From Sporosarcina sp. FSL K6-1508 (GTDB taxonomy: Bacteria > Bacillota > Bacilli > Bacillales_A > Planococcaceae): DNA of 40,000 nt. Every line of letters starts with the position of its first letter. Positions within the stretch are counted from its first letter, which is position 1. The position numbers were made by a program, and so were the translations under genes. Below are positions 33,721 to 40,000 of the stretch, one piece after another. The notes below the pieces were generated by a model. The model made no database searches. It saw nothing but the letters and a program-made list of their open reading frames with translations, and had not been told where the DNA came from. Location: contig NZ_JBBOXF010000001.1 in the NCBI RefSeq assembly GCF_038007465.1, positions 1,206,275 to 1,246,274 on the forward strand. Direction: 5' to 3'.

Positions 33721-34083
33721 ATGAATTTTTTAATTGACTATTGGTTCATTATTTTGGTTTTGATCGTGCTACTTGCTTTTGCAGCGTATGCTGTTTTTCA
33801 ATTTTTCAAGGCGCCGTCTAATGAGCAACTCATCAAGGTTAAGGAGTGGCTGCTCTTTGCGGTGATCCAAGCCGAGAAGGAACTTGGCGAAGGGACGGGT
33901 AAGATCAAGCTCAGATACGTTTATGATTTGTTTGTCACTAAGTTTAAGTGGCTATCGTATTTGATCAAGTTTGACCATTTCAGCCGCTTGGTTGACGAGG
34001 CCCTGGAAGAAATGCGGCATTTGCTGTCTTCGAATAGAGCTGTCCACAATTATGTAGAAGGTGAAGATAAACATGTTTATTAA
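33721..34083 (+). CDS. holin, LL-H-like (single N-terminal TM)
   Basis: WFIILVLIVLLAFAAYAVFQFF followed by VKEWLLFAVIQAEKELGEGTGKIKLRYV, which resembles the LL-H holin family. Confidence 0.55.
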   Translation: MNFLIDYWFIILVLIVLLAFAAYAVFQFFKAPSNEQLIKVKEWLLFAVIQAEKELGEGTGKIKLRYVYDLFVTKFKWLSYLIKFDHFSRLVDEALEEMRHLLSSNRAVHNYVEGEDKHVY

Positions 34084-34915
34084 ACCTTGTGAAGGGCGGA
34101 TCACGTCGTACTTTTCTTCTGCGCGTCTCGATCCTGTCGGCGGTAAAGTAGTAAGGCCTCACTGGGGAGTCGATTACGGCAATACCCCGGCCAATAACAG
34201 TATCATTGCAGCTGCAGCTGGAAAAGTTGTGCGTGCTAGGAATGCTGAAACGGACGGGTACGGAAAGCTTGTGATGATCGAGCATGTTATAAAGGGCGTG
34301 TTGTACACGACGGTTTACGCTCACTTATCTTCCATCGCGGTAAAAGATGGCCAAGTGCTGAAGCAAGGGCAGCGCTTCGGCGTCAAGGGGACGACTGGTA
34401 ATAGCACAGGGATCCATCTGCACTTTGAAATCCATATCGGTAAATGGAATAACCAGTACACAGGCGCTAGGAACCCATTGCATTTTATCGTGGACCCGGA
34501 AATTTTAAGGCTGCAGACACTGCTTGTGAAGGTAGGGCATAAGATCGCCACTGACGGTATGTTTGGCCCAGCTACAGATAACGCCATTAAGTTGTTTCAG
34601 AAGTCGGCAGGCTTGGTCGTCGATGGATCCGCTGGACCACTAACGATGGCAGCCCTTGAAAAAGCGGCTGCTCCAAAACCTAAGCCGAAGCCTGAACCAG
34701 AAGCGCCAAAAAAGGAGGAGAAATTATTGAAATTAGCACAATCCCAAAAAAATGAAATGGCACTTGTGTATAAGCATGCCCGGGAAAAAGGCATTTTCAC
34801 TTCAGATCAACACGAGAAGGATGTTGCAGCGGGGAAGATGACGGAATCCAGGGCGGCATACCTTGCGACGTTAATTGCCGGCGCGGCCGTCAATGGAGGA
34901 AAACGTATTAAATGA
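34073..34915 (+). CDS. endolysin: M23 metallopeptidase plus PG_binding_1 domain
   Basis: HWGVDY and GIHLHFEI (M23 HxxxD / HxH motifs). KIATDGMFGPATDNAIKLFQKSAGLVVDGSAGPLT is a peptidoglycan-binding repeat. Pro/Lys linker. Confidence 0.8.
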   Translation: MFIKPCEGRITSYFSSARLDPVGGKVVRPHWGVDYGNTPANNSIIAAAAGKVVRARNAETDGYGKLVMIEHVIKGVLYTTVYAHLSSIAVKDGQVLKQGQRFGVKGTTGNSTGIHLHFEIHIGKWNNQYTGARNPLHFIVDPEILRLQTLLVKVGHKIATDGMFGPATDNAIKLFQKSAGLVVDGSAGPLTMAALEKAAAPKPKPKPEPEAPKKEEKLLKLAQSQKNEMALVYKHAREKGIFTSDQHEKDVAAGKMTESRAAYLATLIAGAAVNGGKRIK

Positions 34916-35125
34916 TGACGTTCTTCACATAATAAAAAGAAGCCCAGGCATAAGCCCGAGCTGCTTTTCAAAGAGTGAAAAGGTGTTAGAAATTAAAGAC
35001 TTTTTGCCGACCTCTTGACGGCCAACTGAAAATAATGTAATGTATTGCATTGTAACCAGATGACATCCGAACAGCACCAAACGTAACCGGTTGTAACAAA
35101 GTGATTCTGGTTGAAACGTGCGCTT

Positions 35126-35175
35126 CTTCCATGGTAAGGAAGAGGTCACCGGTTCGAATCCGGTTGGAAGCTCCA
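35126..35175 (+). pseudogene. truncated tRNA-Thr(GGU): 3' half only (anticodon arm to CCA); probable attR core
   Basis: CTTCC-ATGGTAA-GGAAG anticodon arm, AGGTC variable loop, ACCGG-TTCGAAT-CCGGT T-arm, TGGAAGC-T-CCA. No matching 5' acceptor strand (GCTTCCA) or D-arm lies upstream. Confidence 0.7.
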
Positions 35176-35192
35176 GAGCAACTTTAGAATGA

Positions 35193-35264
35193 GGCCCCTT
35201 GGTCAAGCGGTTAAGACACCGCCCTTTCACGGCGGTATCACGGGTTCGAATCCCGTAGGGGTCA
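35193..35264 (+). tRNA. tRNA-Glu (UUC)
   Basis: Cloverleaf folds by hand. Anticodon loop CTTTCAC. Near-identical to the Bacillus tRNA-Glu I recall. CCA is not encoded. Confidence 0.95.
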
Positions 35265-35348
35265 TTAGAACTTTTTTGACACGCAAAGCGTGACGAAAAT
35301 AGTTTGTCTTGAACTTAAGATTTAAAATAAGTTCACAAATTTTAACTT

Positions 35349-35432
35349 GGTGGGGTAGCGAAGTGGCTAAACGCGGCGGACTGTAAATCCGCTCCTTCGG
35401 GTTCGGCAGTTCGAATCTGCCCCCCACCACCA
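35349..35432 (+). tRNA. tRNA-Tyr (GUA)
   Basis: Long variable arm, anticodon loop CTGTAAA, encoded CCA. Confidence 0.95.
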
Positions 35433-35561
35433 ATAAAACTTTTTCAATACAAAGCATTGAAAAGAGTTTAAATTAATTTTTTATGCAAAGAATTGAAAAG
35501 AGTGCACCTTGATTTTAGTATCGTGTGTTGAGATGAGCTTTAAAATATTCTAATTACTTAT

Positions 35562-35636
35562 TGGGGTATAGCCAAGCGGTAAGGCAACGGACTTTGACTC
35601 CGTCACTCGTTGGTTCGAATCCAGCTACCCCAGCCA
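35562..35636 (+). tRNA. tRNA-Gln (UUG)
   Basis: Anticodon loop CTTTGAC; acceptor TGGGGTA/TACCCCA; encoded CCA. Confidence 0.95.
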
Positions 35637-35680
35637 TTTTTTTGCTTTACCAAACCATGTGATTTTCAAATAGTTTTACT

Positions 35681-35716
35681 AAATCCTTCCTGCGCAAGCG
35701 GAAAGGATTTTTTTCT
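35681..35716 (+). terminator. rho-independent terminator of the tRNA cluster
   Basis: AAATCCTTCC...GGAAAGGATTT stem with a GCAA loop, followed by a T-run. Confidence 0.7.
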
Positions 35717-35792
35717 GTCTGAAAATAAGCTTATAGAGGCATGAAAGAACAAATTTATTGTACACTGAAGGAACGGATAGCCTTGATAAAAA

Positions 35793-35858
35793 AGGAAACT
35801 ATTTTTATTACTAAGTAATGAAGGTAAAGGAAAACTATTTTCATTACTACGTAATGAA
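35793..35858 (+). promoter_or_regulatory. two tandem ~31-bp repeats, each containing a palindrome (ATTACTAAGTAAT / CATTACTACGTAATG); putative operator
   Basis: AGGAAACTATTTTTATTACTAAGTAATGAA followed by AGGAAAACTATTTTCATTACTACGTAATGAA. The second repeat ends about 30 bp upstream of the PAS-GGDEF-EAL start. Confidence 0.45.
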
Positions 35859-35890
35859 AAAGTTTAGCGCTTTGGAAAAGAAGTGATTTT

Positions 35891-37624
35891 ATGCATGAAG
35901 ATAATAAAATGATAAATGATTTAATCCGTCATGATGGTAGTCATAGTCCGGAAAAGATGCTTAGAGACTTGGCCTATGCACTTGATCAATCTGCAATTGT
36001 CGCAATTACAGATCGTATGGGAAAGATCGTATATGTAAATGAGCAATTCACGAAAATAGCTCAATATAGTAAAGAGGAATTAGTAGGAGCTGATCACCGG
36101 ATTATTAATTCAGGTTTTCATCCCAAAAAGTTTTTTAAAGATATGTGGGCGACAATGGGTCGGGGACATACTTGGCGTGGGGAGATTCGTAATAAAGCCA
36201 AAGATGGTTCCTATTATTGGGTCGATACAACAATTGTTCCGTTTTTAACGGATAAAGGAAGACCATATCAATATATTTCCATCCGTTATGATATTACCTC
36301 CCGTAAAGAGTCGGAGCGAGTGATTCGAGATCTTGCGTATAACGATCAATTGACGAATTTGCCTAATCGGACTTCGTTCCGGAAACTATTGGAACAAGAA
36401 GTGGGTGAGGCGAAAAGGCAGGGTACGAATCTCGCCTTTGTTTATCTTAATATTGATCGGCTACGTAATGTGAACGACTCACTTGGTCATGAGGCGGGCG
36501 ATTATATTTTGTCTGTTGTTGCGAAAAGACTGAAGAAGGTTTTGACGGAAGGACATACAATTGGCCGACTTTCGGGTGATGAGTTTGCCTTTCTTCTGAA
36601 AAATATACGAAATGCAGAACATGCTGAACAACTAACGCAGGAAGTACAGCAAAGTTTAAGGGTGCCGATTGAGGTAATGGGACAGTCGCATGTACTATCG
36701 GTGAGTTTTGGCATTGCTTTATATCCCGAACATGCGAAAAAGCCTTCGGAGCTGACGATGAAAGCGGAAAAAGCACTTTCTGCTGCCAGGGAACATGGGG
36801 GCGGCGGATATGAAATGTATCAGCACGGAACAGCGTCTAAAACATTGGAGCGGATTTTGCTGGAGAATGAGCTGCGGAAAAGCGTGGATCTTGGTCATTT
36901 CCATCTCGACTATCAACCTAAGATGAACTTGATGACAGAAGAATTGACAGGTTTCGAAGCCCTAGTCCGCTGGAATCATCCTGATCTCGGTAGGATTCCG
37001 CCGGATAAATTCATTCCGGTGGCAGAAGAGACGAAAATTATTATCTCGCTCGGGGAATGGGTACTACGTGAATCCTGTAAACAGGCTAAAAGATGGCGAG
37101 ATAGCGGGTACAGTCCCTTTCGGATTGCTGTTAACATGTCCGCAGTCCAGTTGGAGGAACCGACAATCTTAAATGTGATTAAAACGATTCTTGACGAAAC
37201 AGGTGTCACCACAGATTTAATTGAAATAGAATTAACGGAAAGTGCATTTGCGGACAGAGAAGACATGCAGGAGAAAATTCGTGAAATAAGAGCTTTGGGG
37301 ATTTCGGTGTCGATCGATGACTTTGGAACAGGGTATAGTACTTTTAGTTATATTAAGGAACTGCCGGCTGATACAGTGAAAATCGATATGTCCTTTGTAC
37401 AGGATATCCACGAGAATGAAGATAGCCGGGCGATTGTTCAGGCAATAGTGACATTAGCAGATACAGTGGGACTGAACGTTATCGCTGAAGGCATAGAGTA
37501 CGAAGAGCAAGTCGATATTTTAAAAGAAGTGGGTTGTCGGGAAGGGCAAGGGTATTACTATAGTAAACCACTGTCGCCTGATGCATGTGAAGAGTTCCTA
37601 AGGCAAACTATTAGTAACGAATAA
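35891..37624 (+). CDS. PAS - GGDEF (degenerate SGDEF) - EAL cyclic-di-GMP signalling protein
   Basis: PAS (VAITDRMGKIVYVNEQF...WRGEIRNKAKDGSYYW), GGDEF domain with RLSGDEFAF, EAL domain with FEALVRW, DDFGTGYS and QGYYYSKP. Confidence 0.9.
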   Translation: MHEDNKMINDLIRHDGSHSPEKMLRDLAYALDQSAIVAITDRMGKIVYVNEQFTKIAQYSKEELVGADHRIINSGFHPKKFFKDMWATMGRGHTWRGEIRNKAKDGSYYWVDTTIVPFLTDKGRPYQYISIRYDITSRKESERVIRDLAYNDQLTNLPNRTSFRKLLEQEVGEAKRQGTNLAFVYLNIDRLRNVNDSLGHEAGDYILSVVAKRLKKVLTEGHTIGRLSGDEFAFLLKNIRNAEHAEQLTQEVQQSLRVPIEVMGQSHVLSVSFGIALYPEHAKKPSELTMKAEKALSAAREHGGGGYEMYQHGTASKTLERILLENELRKSVDLGHFHLDYQPKMNLMTEELTGFEALVRWNHPDLGRIPPDKFIPVAEETKIIISLGEWVLRESCKQAKRWRDSGYSPFRIAVNMSAVQLEEPTILNVIKTILDETGVTTDLIEIELTESAFADREDMQEKIREIRALGISVSIDDFGTGYSTFSYIKELPADTVKIDMSFVQDIHENEDSRAIVQAIVTLADTVGLNVIAEGIEYEEQVDILKEVGCREGQGYYYSKPLSPDACEEFLRQTISNE

Positions 37625-37703
37625 ATATTCAGATACCTGTCGAGTTGAGCCAACCCTTGCGAAGGCCTTACAATAGGAGGGAGATAAGGGGAGGTAGTTT
37701 GAT

Positions 37704-38609
37704 ATGGAACAGTTGAATATTTCACTAATAGGGGTACCGCTAGATTTCGGGCAAAGCCGTCGCGGGGTAGATATGGGACCAAGTGCGATCCGATATGCAG
37801 GTGCTGTCGGACGAATCGAATCTGTAGGTCATCGGGTAAGGGATGAGGGGAATATCCAGGTAAGTGCTGTGGAGCCTAAAAAACATAGCGATTCTAATCT
37901 GAAGAATCTGGATGAAGTCATTCAAGCGACTACGGAACTTGCGAAGAAAGTGTCAGAAGTTGTTGAGGCAGGCAGATTCCCGCTTGTGTTAGGCGGAGAT
38001 CATAGCATTGCAATCGGAACTCTGGCCGGCCTGTCGGACAAATATAAAAATCTTGGTGTCATCTGGTATGATGCACATGCAGATTTCAATACAGCGGAGA
38101 CATCGCCGTCCGGTAATATTCATGGTATGCCTCTTGCCGTAAGTGTGGGGCTTGGACATGAAAGTCTTGTCAATATACATAGTGAAGGGCGAAAAGTTAA
38201 CCCGAAGAATGTGGTGATTATCGGTGCACGTTCAGTCGATCCCGAAGAGCGTTTATTGCTCAAGGAACAAGGCGTCAAAGTGTTCACGATGCATGAAATT
38301 GATCGCTATGGAATGACGGTGGTTATGGAAGACGCCCTTGCCTATTTGCGTTTACGCGAAGTTGACGGTGTCCACTTGTCACTTGACCTCGATGGGCTTG
38401 ATCCGTTATATACACCTGGAGTTGGAACACCGGTGCCTGGCGGGATCAGTTATAGGGAAAGTCATCTTGCGATGGAAATGCTGGAAGATTCGGGAATGAT
38501 TACATCGGCTGAGTTTGTTGAAGTAAATCCGATTCTGGATGAGAAAAATAAAACAGCTGATGTAGCAGTAGGTTTAATGGGTTCATTGTTTGGAGAAAAA
38601 CTACTTTAA
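37704..38609 (+). CDS. rocF: arginase
   Basis: GGDHSIAIG, DAHADFNT and SLDLDGLDP metal-binding motifs. 301 aa. Confidence 0.88.
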   Translation: MEQLNISLIGVPLDFGQSRRGVDMGPSAIRYAGAVGRIESVGHRVRDEGNIQVSAVEPKKHSDSNLKNLDEVIQATTELAKKVSEVVEAGRFPLVLGGDHSIAIGTLAGLSDKYKNLGVIWYDAHADFNTAETSPSGNIHGMPLAVSVGLGHESLVNIHSEGRKVNPKNVVIIGARSVDPEERLLLKEQGVKVFTMHEIDRYGMTVVMEDALAYLRLREVDGVHLSLDLDGLDPLYTPGVGTPVPGGISYRESHLAMEMLEDSGMITSAEFVEVNPILDEKNKTADVAVGLMGSLFGEKLL

Positions 38610-38620
38610 CCATTTTTTGA

Positions 38621-38652
38621 AAGCCCATCTAGTTACTTAGGTGGGCTTTTTC
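38621..38652 (+). terminator. rho-independent terminator after arginase
   Basis: AAGCCCATC / GGTGGGCTT stem followed by TTTTT. Confidence 0.7.
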
Positions 38653-38759
38653 TATTCAGGTTCGTGACTAGACACTAGGCGTCTTACACTTTTCTTGTTT
38701 TTACAATATAATGAAGAAATGCCAAGCAAACTCTGGTAAAATAAAATTAATGAAAAAAA

Positions 38760-38788
38760 TGAAACCTGTCGACACCTTCAAACGTATA
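38760..38788 (+). promoter_or_regulatory. SigW-type (ECF) autoregulatory promoter
   Basis: TGAAAC (38760-38765), 17-nt spacer, CGTATA (38783-38788). Matches the B. subtilis SigW consensus TGAAAC-N16/17-CGTA. About 40 bp upstream of sigW. Confidence 0.75.
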
Positions 38789-38824
38789 GAAGGGACAGCC
38801 GCATAGAGCGGAGGGTGAAATACA

Positions 38825-39388
38825 TTGGATGATCTGATCAATAAACGAATAAATGAAGTCTTGAAAGGCGATCAAAATGCATTTGAAGAAGTAGTAACCT
38901 TATTTCAGCATCGCCTCTATCAAGTGTGCTATAGGATGCTTGGCAATGCCCAAGAGGCGGAAGATATTGCTCAGGAAGCGTTCGTACGTGCCTATATTAA
39001 TATCCATACATTCGACCAAAAGCGGAAGTTTTCCACATGGTTGTTTCGGATAGCGACGAACTTGTGCATCGACCGAATCCGGAAAAAGAAACCCGATTAT
39101 TATCTCGATGCGAATGTGCCGGGTACAGATGGTTTGAACATGTACTCACAAATTGCCGCTTCTGGCGAATTGCCGGAAGAGGAAGTAGAAAGAATGGAAA
39201 TGCAGGAACGCATTCACTATGAAATAGGCAGGCTTCCAGACAAATATCGTTCCGTTATCATTTTAAGGTATATCGAAGAATTGCCATTGCAAGAGATTGG
39301 TGACATTTTGGAATTACCGCTAGGGACCGTAAAGACCCGTGTCCATAGAGGGCGGGAAGCGCTTCGGAAACAGATGGGTAATATGTAG
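38825..39388 (+). CDS. sigW: ECF sigma factor SigW (TTG start)
   Basis: High recalled similarity to B. subtilis SigW (YQVCYRMLGN..EAEDIAQEAF.RAY.NI..F...RKFSTWL.RIATNL.IDRIRKKKPDYYLDA, GTVKTR.HRGREALRKQ). Confidence 0.9.
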   Translation: MDDLINKRINEVLKGDQNAFEEVVTLFQHRLYQVCYRMLGNAQEAEDIAQEAFVRAYINIHTFDQKRKFSTWLFRIATNLCIDRIRKKKPDYYLDANVPGTDGLNMYSQIAASGELPEEEVERMEMQERIHYEIGRLPDKYRSVIILRYIEELPLQEIGDILELPLGTVKTRVHRGREALRKQMGNM

Positions 39389-39400
39389 GAGGGAATAAGC

Positions 39401-40000
39401 ATGAATACGTGTCCGGAACAAATCGTTCACTATATGCACGCGTATTTAGACGGCGATATCAGCCGTGACGAAGAGCGGCTATTGAAAGAACATCTAGATA
39501 GCTGTAAAGAGTGCAAAGAAATTATGAATGGCCTAACGGAGTCCATAGCTTTTATAGGAAGTGCCGCTAAAATAAAAGCGCCGGACAGCTTTGTGACCAA
39601 TGTGATGGGGCGTCTTCCAAAGGAGAAATCCCAAGCAGGCGTTCAACGCTGGTTGCGCACCCATCCACTTTTTGCAGCAGCGGCTATGTTTCTTATTCTG
39701 ATGAGTGCAACGCTTTTTTCTAGTTATGGAAATGACCAACAGTTTTCGGTGACAAAACAACCGAATCTAGTGGTTGAAGGCCAGACAGTACTCGTCCCGG
39801 CAGGTGAAACTGTGAAGGGGGATATTGTAGTTAAAAATGGCGAACTTCGGATTGAAGGGGAAGTGGATGGCGATGTAACAGTTATCCACGGATCCAAATA
39901 TATGGCTTCGACAGCAATTGTGACAGGGAAAAGCAAGGAAATTGACAAAGCATTTGACTGGCTCTGGTATAAGATGAAAAAGACAGCGACGGACATATTC
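39401..40000 (+). CDS. rsiW: anti-sigma-W factor RsiW (3'-truncated by window end)
   Basis: CPEQIV..MH..LDGDI, zinc-binding HLDSCKECKE, LPKEK...V.RW.RTHP, FSV.KQPNLVV, GETVKGD..VKNG.L...G..DGDVTV..G.KYMAS. Collinear with B. subtilis RsiW as I recall it. Confidence 0.88.
   Translation, partial: MNTCPEQIVHYMHAYLDGDISRDEERLLKEHLDSCKECKEIMNGLTESIAFIGSAAKIKAPDSFVTNVMGRLPKEKSQAGVQRWLRTHPLFAAAAMFLILMSATLFSSYGNDQQFSVTKQPNLVVEGQTVLVPAGETVKGDIVVKNGELRIEGEVDGDVTVIHGSKYMASTAIVTGKSKEIDKAFDWLWYKMKKTATDIF

Larger units (their letters stand above)
1..35175 (+). mobile_element. Prophage, right-hand ~35 kb (left end and integrase outside window); PBSX-like contractile-tail gene order
   Basis: Unidirectional, tightly packed or overlapping ORFs in the order early genes, terminase, portal, head, sheath/tube/tape measure/baseplate, lysis. 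Ends at a truncated tRNA 3' half followed by intact host tRNAs. Confidence 0.85.

Noticed and set aside
35112-35140. TGAAAC at 35112-35117 as a second SigW-type promoter.
   Set aside because: No CGTA element lies 16-17 nt downstream, and the sequence runs into the tRNA-Thr fragment.
35450-35503. 17/18-nt direct repeat CAAAG(C/A)ATTGAAAAGAGT (35450-35467 and 35486-35503), and the AT-rich hairpin TTTTCAAT/ATTGAAAA after tRNA-Tyr.
   Set aside because: It is a short AT-rich spacer sequence between tRNAs, probably a processing or weak-terminator remnant. There is not enough evidence for a distinct element.
1-40000. CRISPR arrays, IS elements/transposases, toxin-antitoxin pairs or recognisable defence systems (other than the orphan methylase).
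   Set aside because: No spacer-repeat periodicity, no transposase or integrase-like ORF, and no candidate cargo between the lysis genes and the att site (only about 200 bp). The DGR is the only accessory system I can support.

Overview
The window is about 35 kb of the right-hand part of a prophage in a Bacillaceae-type chromosome. All phage genes are on the + strand, and the integrase and left end lie outside the window. About 5 kb of ordinary host DNA follows. Phage order: early/replication-side small ORFs including a RusA resolvase; a sigma-like late regulator; a ParB-domain/DNA-methyltransferase fusion; terminase small and large subunits; portal; Mu-F-like head morphogenesis protein; protease/scaffold; DUF2190-like protein; major capsid; head-tail connectors. 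Then comes a PBSX (xkdK-xkdX)-like contractile-tail module (sheath, tube, frameshifted chaperone, tape measure, LysM protein, baseplate proteins) and a holin/M23-endolysin lysis cassette. The element ends at a truncated tRNA-Thr(GGU) 3' half (probable attR). Host DNA then carries tRNA-Glu, tRNA-Tyr, tRNA-Gln, a PAS-GGDEF-EAL gene, arginase, sigW with its own SigW-type promoter, and the 5' part of rsiW. The main finding is a complete diversity-generating retroelement (DGR) inside the tail-fibre region. It comprises an Avd-like gene (28588-28926), a 95-bp template repeat (28948-29042), a reverse transcriptase (29190-30266) and a variable repeat (30803-30897) in the downstream ~767-aa receptor-binding-type protein. 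The TR/VR alignment is ungapped, and all 11 mismatches fall on TR adenines. The layout is atypical: the target is downstream of and overlaps the RT, and the VR lies in an N-terminal domain rather than at the C-terminus. A second unexplained signal is an in-frame GGN-GAA-ATG (Gly-Glu-Met) motif. It occurs 14 times, only in the portal, scaffold/protease, capsid N-terminus and tail sheath. All functional calls come from reading the translations and recalling family motifs; no database search was possible.
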